From: Parcubacteria group bacterium Gr01-1014_33
GTDB lineage: Bacteria > Patescibacteriota > Minisyncoccia > Sungbacterales > HO2-52-23
Reading direction: 5' to 3'
Length of the DNA stretch: 49,672 bases
NCBI GenBank assembly: GCA_007376125.1
Contig: VMFQ01000012.1
Coordinates: 1-49,672, forward strand
Both the position numbers and the translations under genes were made by a program. The notes under the pieces were generated by a model. It saw only the letters and a program-made list of their open reading frames with translations. It did not search any database and was not told the DNA's origin. This document shows, piece by piece, positions 34,344-42,467 of the stretch (the stretch's first letter is position 1; each line of letters starts with the position of its first letter).

Positions 34344-35159
34344 TCACCACGCGGTCCACCCTCCATCAACAATAAGATTTGCTCCTGTCATATAGCGGGA
34401 CGCATCAGACAAAAGAAAAAGAATTGCGCCGTTGTAGTCGTCTTTTTCTCCCATACGGCCAAGCATGGTGCGCTCGCTATATTTTTTCACAAAAAGAGGA
34501 TCTTGGGCATTTTCTACTCCGCCAAGAGTCAAGGTGTTCACACGCACGCCAAAGCGCGCAAGATATGAAGCAAGTTCGCGGGTAAAATTGGGAAGGGCGC
34601 CTTTTGTAACCGCGTATGCAATAGATCCGAATCGGCCCACCGGATAAATTTGACTGTCGTGCGCCACCTCGCCATACACCGAGCCGATATTGACGATAAC
34701 ACCCGAACGCTGTTTTTTCATAACACGAATAATTACTTGAGTTACAATAAATGTTCCGGTAAGTCCCGTGTCAACCGCCGCTTTCCAGAGATCCAACGGA
34801 TATTCTTCATACGGACTAAACTGCTCGGCTGATTCTTTTTTGGCGGGCGAATACGTCAATGCGGCATTGTTGACTAACGCATCAATGCGGCCCCATCGTT
34901 TCAGAACCGCCGCAATTACTTTTCGTACGCCTTCTTGATCAGTAATATCCTGCGAATAGACATCAATGTTTTTACGGAGACGCAGAGGAAGCGCATGAAC
35001 TTTCTGTTCGAGCTTCGGCTGCCCCAACGCATCTATGATCGCGACTTTCGCACCGGCTGTGGCAAAAAATTCCACATAGCGCATTCCTAAAAAGCCGGCT
35101 CCACCGGTAATGAGGATTATTTTATTTTTTACCGAAAAAATTTGTTCGGATGTGTTCAC
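34344..35159 (-). CDS. SDR family oxidoreductase
   Basis: The GTG at 35159 gives (M)NTSEQIFSVKNKIILITGGAGFLGMRY, parallel to the paralog 45735-46562. NNAA and YAVTK (YxxxK) are present. Confidence 0.75.
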   Translation of the reverse strand: MNTSEQIFSVKNKIILITGGAGFLGMRYVEFFATAGAKVAIIDALGQPKLEQKVHALPLRLRKNIDVYSQDITDQEGVRKVIAAVLKRWGRIDALVNNAALTYSPAKKESAEQFSPYEEYPLDLWKAAVDTGLTGTFIVTQVIIRVMKKQRSGVIVNIGSVYGEVAHDSQIYPVGRFGSIAYAVTKGALPNFTRELASYLARFGVRVNTLTLGGVENAQDPLFVKKYSERTMLGRMGEKDDYNGAILFLLSDASRYMTGANLIVDGGWTAW

Positions 35160-35281
35160 CCGGTTAGAAATAGGACGCAGACGCAAAAAGCGCCTTGCAT
35201 ACTATGGTATTATTTGGCATTGACTTTTGTATGTATATCATATTTTTCAAGTATGCGTTCGCGATTTCTAACGGGGTTCAT
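35160..35281 (-). repeat. Stop-to-start intercistronic element, copy B (diverged)
   Basis: sORF MNPVRNRERILEKYDIHTKVNAK (35281-35210) starts 6 nt after the aminotransferase TAG, behind AGGAAAG. The 3' TIR ATTTCTAAC (35171-35163) is followed by CGG-GTG (35159). Confidence 0.65.
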
Positions 35282-35287
35282 ACTTTC

Positions 35288-36388
35288 CTATTTCAAAACT
35301 TTTTTAATACGATCACTTATCAGCGCAATATCTTTTTCTTCAAGATTTGCTCCGCTCGGAAGAATAAGACCAGTGCGCGCAAGCCGCCGCGCGTGAGGAA
35401 AGTGTCCGTGCTGTCGCATGTAAGGTAAATCGCTCATCGGCAAGAAAAATGGACGGGTATCTACCCCGCTCTCTCTTAAATGAAGCGCGAGTTTTGGTAC
35501 GGATTTTGTGCGAAATCTCATGGCATTCACCCACCATGAAGGTTGGGATCCGGGCGTTTCTTCTTGCAGTGTAACGATTCCTCGCTCCACCAATGGTTCA
35601 AGGTATGCCTCATACCAGCCGCGAATTTTGCGCTTCCGTTCTAAAAGTTCCTTGATCCGCTCAAGCTGTCCCAACCCAAGCGCCGCCTGCAAATTAGTCA
35701 TCCGATAATTATACCCCATTACAGGATGATAGTATTTCCGGGCATTGGACGGCTGGGCTTGATTTTTTAGTAGCGCTACGCGCGCGGCAATTGATTTGGA
35801 ATTTGTTACCACCATTCCTCCCTCGCCTGTCGTAATTGTCTTGTTGCCGAAAAAACTAAATGAATTGGCAACCCCGAAACTTCCCACCATTTTATTTTTA
35901 TAGAAAGCCCCATGCGCTTCAGCCGCATCCTCAATCACCATAAGACGGTGTTGCCGCGCGATCCGCATAATCTCTTCCATTCTGCAGGGGTTTCCATATA
36001 GATGAACAGGCATGATCGCTTTCGTCCGCGGGGTAATACGTTCTTCAATACGCCCCACATCAATATTAAACGTAGATTCCTCACAATCCACGAAAACAGG
36101 GGCCGCGCCCACATAGAGCACCGCATTTGCGGATGCCGCATACGTAAAATTAGGCACGATAACTTCGTCACCCTTTCCAATGCCAAGGCTAAGCATCACG
36201 AGATGCAAACTCACTGTTCCGTTACACGTGGTACGCGCGTACCGAACTCCTACATATCGGGCAAATGTCTCCTCAAATTTTCCGATATATTTTCCCCACG
36301 AACTCACCCATCCGGATTCCATGCAATCTAGAACATACTCTTTCTCGCGGGAGCCAATAACCGGTTCAAGCACTGGATATGTTTTCAT
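35288..36388 (-). CDS. pseC: DegT/DnrJ/EryC1/StrS PLP-dependent sugar aminotransferase (PseC/LegC-like)
   Basis: CNGTVSLHLVMLSLGIGKGDEVIVPNFTYAASANAV and SFFGNKTITTGEGGMV (catalytic Lys). Confidence 0.75.
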   Translation of the reverse strand: MKTYPVLEPVIGSREKEYVLDCMESGWVSSWGKYIGKFEETFARYVGVRYARTTCNGTVSLHLVMLSLGIGKGDEVIVPNFTYAASANAVLYVGAAPVFVDCEESTFNIDVGRIEERITPRTKAIMPVHLYGNPCRMEEIMRIARQHRLMVIEDAAEAHGAFYKNKMVGSFGVANSFSFFGNKTITTGEGGMVVTNSKSIAARVALLKNQAQPSNARKYYHPVMGYNYRMTNLQAALGLGQLERIKELLERKRKIRGWYEAYLEPLVERGIVTLQEETPGSQPSWWVNAMRFRTKSVPKLALHLRESGVDTRPFFLPMSDLPYMRQHGHFPHARRLARTGLILPSGANLEEKDIALISDRIKKVLK

Positions 36389-36419
36389 TTGTATTTAGAA
36401 CCTGTTCACAATCTTCCCC

Positions 36420-36509
36420 CTACCTGAAAATGCATGTTTTTGGCTGCAAAACTTCGTCTCGCACTCATCGTAATACCATTACGCTTCGCGCTCCGACTGT
36501 ACTCGCTCA
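36420..36509. repeat. Conserved box plus 51-bp core (inverted orientation)
   Basis: The box is at 36420-36442 and the core at 36458-36508 (see 30519-30591). It is followed by the GGAAAC-TCG-GTTTCC palindrome at 36526-36540. Confidence 0.85.
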
Positions 36510-36552
36510 CCCCGACTTTCTACTTGGAAACTCGGTTTCCACGTGAGATGTA

Positions 36553-37908
36553 TCAATACTCAAAACGAAATTCCGGCGGCCCTCCCGGCGGAAGCGCACC
36601 ACGTTCTTTCCAAAAGCGATACGAGGAAATGGCATGATCAAGCACGGCATTGGCCTCGCGCGCTTCTTTTTCAGTCATCAGACGCACCTCTGTAAATCCC
36701 CGCCCACAACGGATTTTTTCCGGTTCATCAATCTCTGCGGCGTATAAAATTACATCGCCATCGGTCGTAAGGGTATATCCGGACTCGGCAAAACGCGAGT
36801 CCGGCCAAAAGTGTCGCGCCCCGCCAATACAGAAAAATTGATCACGGCCAACCACAATACCAAAATCCTCTTTCACCAATTCTTGCGCACGATCTTGGTA
36901 TGGAAGAAAATGTCGTGACCTACCGCCGGCAAACCACCAAAATCCCCTTGCCGGCCGTTCTCTTCTTTTCCCTACGAGAAATTTTTCGCTTCCGTCCTTC
37001 ATCCGAACCGCAAGCAATACGTCCACATACTTCACAGTGAGGTTCTCCGCGCATACTCTGAAATGTTCCTCGGCAATCCAGCCATTTCCTTGATCTTTAC
37101 TTTGATGCGAACGATGGAGAATCTGCCCAATTTCCTTAAGAATATTGTTACTGACCAAACTGTACGCCTCGCCCGCAACTTCAAGAGTCGCGCCCTCATA
37201 AGGAGGATACCAAAACGCTCTTGCTTTGCGCTCCACCGTTTCCGGCGAATCTTCAGGCGCTACGCGGCGTAAACGCTCAAATTCTTTTTTGTCAATATAC
37301 CTTCCCTTGCCCTGCGGAGAGACATCCCACTTCTTCCCCGCAAGAGCTTCATCCATCACACGCATAAAAAGGGTAAGTAAATATCCTTGGCTCTTTTGCT
37401 CTAAAGAAAAAGCGGTTTCTGTTTCCGGCGATATGGAAAAACGATCCACGGCAATAATGTCACCCGTATCAAAATCTTCGGAAACAAAATGAGCGGAAAC
37501 TCCCCACGAAGGAAGATTTTCAAGAATTGCAATGGTATATCCGCCTACACCGCGAAAATCAGGCAATGGCGCGGGATGAAAATTAATGCATCCTTTTTTT
37601 CCCACCTCAATCAATGACTTTCTTATCTTCTCCCAGAAAAGAAACGATATTACAAAATCAATATCCCGAACACACCCGGCAAGTTCGGGCCGAGACGGAT
37701 TATGAGGATCAGCAATACATTGATAGAGTTCTTTACTCGTAAGAAGCGGAATCCCATGAGTGCGCGCCGCATCGCTCAATTTCGGCGACCAATGGAGCGC
37801 CTCTTCATCCGGAGGCGCAACAACTCCGGTCACGGTACCGCCGTTTGCCAAAAGATATTCCAGAGCCCTCACTGAACCTGGTTTTTTTCCAAGAAACAAT
37901 ACGCGCAT
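36553..37908 (-). CDS. Formyltransferase (Fmt/ArnA-N-like, N- and C-domains) fused to a NUDIX (GDP-mannose mannosyl hydrolase-like) domain
   Basis: The N-terminus has MRVLFLGKKPGS...INFHPAPLPDFRGVGG...SAHFVSEDFDTGDII. The C-terminal ~150 aa has FLVGKRRERPARGFWWFAGGRSRHFLPYQDRAQELVKEDFGI, resembling GxRxxxPAxxxWxxPGGR...E..EE.G. Confidence 0.6.
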   Translation of the reverse strand: MRVLFLGKKPGSVRALEYLLANGGTVTGVVAPPDEEALHWSPKLSDAARTHGIPLLTSKELYQCIADPHNPSRPELAGCVRDIDFVISFLFWEKIRKSLIEVGKKGCINFHPAPLPDFRGVGGYTIAILENLPSWGVSAHFVSEDFDTGDIIAVDRFSISPETETAFSLEQKSQGYLLTLFMRVMDEALAGKKWDVSPQGKGRYIDKKEFERLRRVAPEDSPETVERKARAFWYPPYEGATLEVAGEAYSLVSNNILKEIGQILHRSHQSKDQGNGWIAEEHFRVCAENLTVKYVDVLLAVRMKDGSEKFLVGKRRERPARGFWWFAGGRSRHFLPYQDRAQELVKEDFGIVVGRDQFFCIGGARHFWPDSRFAESGYTLTTDGDVILYAAEIDEPEKIRCGRGFTEVRLMTEKEAREANAVLDHAISSYRFWKERGALPPGGPPEFRFEY

Positions 37909-37951
37909 GTTTTCGGTTTTTGAGCATGACCTTACGCCTTTTAAGTCATTA

Positions 37952-37980
37952 CGGAGAAACGATTGGCAATCGTTTCTCCG
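37952..37980. repeat. Perfect 13-bp-stem palindrome CGGAGAAACGATT-GGC-AATCGTTTCTCCG (copy 2)
   Basis: Read directly. It is the reverse orientation of 6344-6370. Confidence 0.7.
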
Positions 37981-38107
37981 TATAATTTCTCAAGAACTAT
38001 ACGGGGTACACTCATGCGTTGCAATCTCAACTCATACAATATCAGATTGCCACGCGCTTTGAGGACTCGCAATGGGAAAAAATGATGTTTTTTCAAACAC
38101 ATACGTC

Positions 38108-38833
38108 TTACTTTTTCTCAAGATAACGCCTCATAACCAATTCCGCAATCTCAAGATCAATTTCCTCATTGATATCCCACGACCGTTCCTTGGGAATTTC
38201 AATGTACCCTGTCGGATCTGCAAGATACATTGAACTCGCTTCACGCACCTGCTTCGCACTTACCAACTCAATGACTGCATTGAGTTGGACAAAGTCCCGC
38301 GGAAGGAGTTGGCGCTGATAGTAGGTTGCAATATCTTTTCCCGGAATGAGGGGCTGTAATGCGCCATTTACCGTTTGATACATCCAATACGGATGGTTTT
38401 CGGCTTCCACCACCGTTACACTCCGTACCACATCATAATTTCCTTGATCTGCCGTTTCAATAATCCGCGCAATATCATCCGCAGTCCGAAACGGCGTTGT
38501 GGGACGAAGATTTAACACATACTCATAGCGCTCGCCCTCCTTCTCTAAAAAATCAAGGGCGTGACGGAATACCGGCCCGTCAGGAGTTCGGTCCTCGGCA
38601 AGTTCTGGAGGACGCATACACGGCACCTCCATCCCCCATTGCCGCGCAATATCCGCGATCTCTCTGTCATCCGTGGAAACAATGAGACGATCAATAAGCG
38701 GTGATTCGCGAGCAGAAAAGAACGCATACGCAATAAGCGGCTTTCCACACAGCATTCTCACGTTCTTGCGCGCCACCCGTTTCGACCCGCCTCGCGCAGG
38801 AATGATTCCTAAAATTTTTTTCCCTTGATACAT
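38108..38833 (-). CDS. neuA: Acylneuraminate (NulO) cytidylyltransferase
   Basis: Start is MYQGKKILGIIPARGGSKRVARKNVRMLCGKPLIAYAF...DRLIVSTDDREIA at 38833. GAGGAGG lies upstream. Confidence 0.8.
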   Translation of the reverse strand: MYQGKKILGIIPARGGSKRVARKNVRMLCGKPLIAYAFFSARESPLIDRLIVSTDDREIADIARQWGMEVPCMRPPELAEDRTPDGPVFRHALDFLEKEGERYEYVLNLRPTTPFRTADDIARIIETADQGNYDVVRSVTVVEAENHPYWMYQTVNGALQPLIPGKDIATYYQRQLLPRDFVQLNAVIELVSAKQVREASSMYLADPTGYIEIPKERSWDINEEIDLEIAELVMRRYLEKK

Positions 38834-38957
38834 ACTCACCAATCGCCTCCTCAATAATGTGATACAAAATATAACGCCCTCCATTCGTCAAAGGTTTTAC
38901 CTATTATACCGATTTATCGATAAAAAAACATTTTTTGCGGACAATAATTTCTACACG

Positions 38958-38986
38958 TTTACAGAAAATTTTTTTCGCGGTATAGT
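38958..38986 (+). promoter_or_regulatory. Sigma70-like promoter predicting a leaderless mRNA for the TylF-like gene
   Basis: TTTACA-17 nt-TATAGT-6 nt-ATG (38993). Confidence 0.5.
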
Positions 38987-38992
38987 ATTTCC

Positions 38993-39697
38993 ATGACAAC
39001 ACTTCTTAAAAAGATCCGGGCGCGCGCGGGAAATGGAATTCAGACGGTTCTTTCTTCTGCGGGGTGGGAACTACGGAGACGATCAGAGCGGCATACCACA
39101 CCCATGACCCTTGAAGCTTTAAGCGGGTTTCTTTACTTTGTACGGCGTTTTGCCGAGATCCGTTTGCTACAAGGCGATATTGTGGAATGCGGCGTAGGAC
39201 GCGGCAAAAGTTTTCTTTGCCTTGCGTTTCTTGCCGCAGAAGAAAATGCGGGCCGCATGCTGTGGGGTTTTGATAGTTTCGCGGGCTTCCCCGATCCCAC
39301 TCCGGAAGATAAAAGTCCGCGAAATCCCCAGCAAGGAGAGAAAATCTCCAAAAAAGAAGATGTAGTATGGATGCTTCGCGATGCACACTTGGGAGATGAT
39401 TTTGTAAAAAATTACGTGCGATTTGTCCCTGGGTTTTTCAACGATACGCTTCCCCACTATACCGGCAACAATATTGCCCTTCTCCATATTGACGGAGATT
39501 TATACCGCTCCTACAAAGACACGCTTGACACCCTTTATTCAAGAGTGGTGCCGGGCGGACTTATTCTTTTTGACGAGTACAATACAGTGCAGTTTCCCGG
39601 AGCAACAAAGGCGGTAAATGAATTCTTTTCCGGAAAAGGGGTTGAGATTAAACACGATAGACTTTCTGAAAAATATTATTGCGTTAAACCACAGTAG
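38993..39697 (+). CDS. TylF/MycF-type (macrocin O-methyltransferase family) SAM-dependent methyltransferase
   Basis: GDIVECGVGRGKSFLCLAF and LHIDGDLYRSYKDTLDTLYSRVVPGGLILFDEY. Confidence 0.75.
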   Translation: MTTLLKKIRARAGNGIQTVLSSAGWELRRRSERHTTPMTLEALSGFLYFVRRFAEIRLLQGDIVECGVGRGKSFLCLAFLAAEENAGRMLWGFDSFAGFPDPTPEDKSPRNPQQGEKISKKEDVVWMLRDAHLGDDFVKNYVRFVPGFFNDTLPHYTGNNIALLHIDGDLYRSYKDTLDTLYSRVVPGGLILFDEYNTVQFPGATKAVNEFFSGKGVEIKHDRLSEKYYCVKPQ

Positions 39698-39723
39698 GAA
39701 ATTGCTGCCAAATGTTGCTTCTT

Positions 39724-39792
39724 GTCATTGCGAACAGAGCGAAGCAATCTTATATTCCGAGGCGGAGATTGCCGCGCTACGCTCGCAATGAC
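39724..39792. repeat. GTCATTGCGA ... CTCGCAATGAC palindromic repeat (copy 2)
   Basis: gtcattgcgaacagagcgaagcaatc...gagattgccgcgctacgctcgcaatgac, between convergent genes. Confidence 0.7.
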
Positions 39793-39810
39793 AGAGACTT
39801 CCAGACTTAC

Positions 39811-41193
39811 TTAAGAGTTTCCAATAATTTTCCCAATCGCATTCACTGCTCTTTTGTACGACAAGCCATCGGAAAATGGCGCCCACTCGCTTGCAACACT
39901 TCTTCTCTCTTTGCGGTCCAGCGCGGGATTTTCGAGATATTGATTAACAAGCGTACAAAGTTGTTCCGGTGTATCTGCGAGACGCTCTACGCCTCTTTCA
40001 AGGAGTACTTTATTATTCTCAAGTTCATAAATGCGCCGCGGTATTTCGGGGAATCCCATTCCCACAATCGGTTTATCAAAAAGGGCGGCCTCTACCACTA
40101 TCGTGGAGGCATGGCATACCACCACATCGCAATAAAGAAACGTGGCGGTCATATTCACCATATCATTCTTATCCATTTCCACTTTATATTCCGGAGTTTC
40201 CTCATCCCCTCTAACGACGCGCCCTGATCGTTCAATGTGAAGACCCGGAATATCCATATATTCCCGATACGGTCCTATCACATCTATAGGATGAAGACGC
40301 ACAAAAATATTAGGATCACCCATGAGAAGCTTTTCGCGCTTCAGACGCACAAGCGTGCGAAGAAATTCTCCTCGCATTTTATAGATCCCCGGAGTCGGAG
40401 TAGCCCAAAGAATTGTTTTTTTTGAGGGGTCAAGCCCTTTACTTTCGAGAAACGCATCGCGTGAAGGTATACGATTATATTTTCTATCATTGATATAATG
40501 ATCATACCGAAGACACCCTGTCACTAGTACGCGCTCCTCCGGATAATGCATCACCCGTTCAATCTCTCTCTTCATCACATGATTCCAGGCAAAAATATAA
40601 TCCGGAAGGCGAGTTGTTTTTGATTTGGAGTAGGGAAAATCATGATTAAACTCAACTGCAACTGTGGGGATACCAACATGTTTTGCGAATATTATTACCT
40701 CGGCCTCAAGAGCGCTCGTACCGGTTGCCGCGGTGAGAATGAGGCGCGGCTGGTACTTTTCTACTAATTCACGAAACTCCCGTGAAGGACGCGCGATACA
40801 CTTTTCAATACGAGTATAGCGCCGAACAGTAAGAAGGCGCGCCGGGATAAAACTTCCTATAATCATCAAGATCCGATGCCAGCGATTGGGAATACGACCA
40901 TAATCAAGAATCTGTATTGTGGCGAGACTATCGTGCTCACGAATAAAATAGAGCCGGATGTATCGGCTCACGGTATCCCAAAGCCATGCATAGCGAACGT
41001 GGATCGGCTGATAGATAGTGTTTTGATTTACATAATACCCCTGCCACTTCGCCTCCTCTTCATCAATCCAGCGCGTAAGAACTACGACGCGGTATTCTTT
41101 TGCCAAGTGCGGAAAAAACTCACTCCGAAGGACATCGGATAAATGACCATACTTCTCAAGCACAAGAAAAACAGTATTGAGAGGTGAGTTCAT
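39811..41193 (-). CDS. Uncharacterised GT-B-like transferase, paralog P4
   Basis: 460 aa, closely similar to P3 along its length (RPSREFRELVEKYQPRLIL versus RPSPEFSALVKNYRPRLML). ILWATPTPG, FVRLHPIDV and LYCDVVVCHASTIVVEAALFDKPIVGMGF are present. Confidence 0.4.
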   Translation of the reverse strand: MNSPLNTVFLVLEKYGHLSDVLRSEFFPHLAKEYRVVVLTRWIDEEEAKWQGYYVNQNTIYQPIHVRYAWLWDTVSRYIRLYFIREHDSLATIQILDYGRIPNRWHRILMIIGSFIPARLLTVRRYTRIEKCIARPSREFRELVEKYQPRLILTAATGTSALEAEVIIFAKHVGIPTVAVEFNHDFPYSKSKTTRLPDYIFAWNHVMKREIERVMHYPEERVLVTGCLRYDHYINDRKYNRIPSRDAFLESKGLDPSKKTILWATPTPGIYKMRGEFLRTLVRLKREKLLMGDPNIFVRLHPIDVIGPYREYMDIPGLHIERSGRVVRGDEETPEYKVEMDKNDMVNMTATFLYCDVVVCHASTIVVEAALFDKPIVGMGFPEIPRRIYELENNKVLLERGVERLADTPEQLCTLVNQYLENPALDRKERRSVASEWAPFSDGLSYKRAVNAIGKIIGNS

Positions 41194-41302
41194 CCTGTTA
41201 GAAGTTCCACCCCCGCCATGCTACGGCGTGGCGAAAACGATTGTTAATTATTTCCGTGCATAGCATAGCATAATCCCCGCGGGAATTTCTAACGGGATTC
41301 AT
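41194..41302 (-). repeat. Stop-to-start intercistronic element, copy D (divergent; the sORF spans the whole element)
   Basis: An ATG at 41302 overlaps the neuB-like TGA (ATGA). The sORF is MNPVRNSRGDYAMLCTEIINNRFRHAVAWRGWNF. Its TAA (41200-41198) lies inside the 3' TIR, 4 nt before the P4 ATG (41193). The TIRs are GTTAGAAATTCC and GGAACTTCTAAC. Confidence 0.65.
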
Positions 41303-42246
41303 TTTCTTCGAAGCTTCTTGAGAATGGGAATCTCGGATTCATACACGCGCTTGATGCCGTCTCCTTTTGCTATTTCAAAATGCCGGATATATTTCACAAG
41401 TTGCGCAAGACCGTGCGGCTCAAGCGAGGCGGCCTGATCCGACCCCCACATCGCCCGATCAAGGGTAATGTGTCGTTCCACCATACAGGCGCCAAGAACC
41501 GCTGCCGCCAAAGAAGAAGAAATTCCCACTTCATGTCCGCTGTATCCAATCGGAATATACGGAAATCTTTTTTGCAGAGTGTGAATAACAGAGAGATTTA
41601 ATTCATGCGCTTCGGAAGGGTATGTGGAGGTACAATGCAGAATTACACAATTTTCCGCTCCTATACCCTCTACCGCATGTTCTATTTGCCCCATGGTACT
41701 CATGCCGGTTGAGAGAATAATCGGCCGTCCTTTTGAACGGATATACCTCAAAAGCCCATCATCAGTCAAACTTGCGGAAGCAACTTTATAGCATGGCGGA
41801 TTAAACTCTTCAAGAAAATCAACGCTTTCCTCGTCCCACGGCGAGGCAAACCACAGTATCTTTTTTTCTTTGCAGTACTCATCAATTGCCTCATACTCTT
41901 TTTTGGTGAGTTCGAGCGCCCATTTCTGATCTTCATTTCTTGTATCAATGAAATTGGATGTTGTCAGACGCGCACGCGCATCTTCCGAAAGAACTCCGCG
42001 CTGAATTGCCGAAACAACGAGATGGGAAGGCACTTCGCGCGGTTTTATGCGTTCTTCTTCGCTATAGACAACCGGAATAGTCCGTTTTTGAAATTTGACG
42101 GCATCCGCTCCCGCGGCAACCGCCACATCAATAAGGCGGCGCGCAGTGTCAATGTCGCCGTTATGATTGATGCCTATCTCTGCTACGACAAAGCATGGCT
42201 TGCCCGGACCTACTTCACGATCCCCGATTTTAATGGTTTGAGACAT
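41299..42246 (-). CDS. neuB: NeuB-family synthase lacking the C-terminal SAF domain
   Basis: The ATG at 42246 gives MSQTIKIGDREVGPGKPCFVVAEIGINHNGD. GADAVKFQKR and IGYSGHEVG...VLGACMVERHIT are present. The protein ends ~25 aa after the TIM barrel (...ESEIPILKKLRRK*). Confidence 0.75.
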   Translation of the reverse strand: MSQTIKIGDREVGPGKPCFVVAEIGINHNGDIDTARRLIDVAVAAGADAVKFQKRTIPVVYSEEERIKPREVPSHLVVSAIQRGVLSEDARARLTTSNFIDTRNEDQKWALELTKKEYEAIDEYCKEKKILWFASPWDEESVDFLEEFNPPCYKVASASLTDDGLLRYIRSKGRPIILSTGMSTMGQIEHAVEGIGAENCVILHCTSTYPSEAHELNLSVIHTLQKRFPYIPIGYSGHEVGISSSLAAAVLGACMVERHITLDRAMWGSDQAASLEPHGLAQLVKYIRHFEIAKGDGIKRVYESEIPILKKLRRK

Positions 42247-42250
42247 GATT

Positions 42251-42463
42251 GAAATTTTCAATTTACAATGAGAGTTACGCGTTTCATTCTTTCTGTCATT
42301 CCCAACTTGATTGGGAATCCAGTCTTTCTTTCATTCTTGATTCCCGCTTTCGCGGGAATGACATCAAACGCGTAAGTCCTAAATTCTTAAAATTACCAAT
42401 TTTCAAATTGAAAATTCAAGAATTGAAAATTTATTGAAAATTGTTTATTGAAAATTGAAAATT
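42251..42463. repeat. Composite palindrome: GAAAATT-word outer arms enclosing a GTCATTCCC...GGGAATGAC element (42295-42362)
   Basis: gaaattttcaatttacaat...(gtcattcccaacttgattgggaatcc...attcccgctttcgcgggaatgac)...ttgaaaattgtttattgaaaattgaaaatt. Confidence 0.65.
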
Positions 42464-42467
42464 AGCG

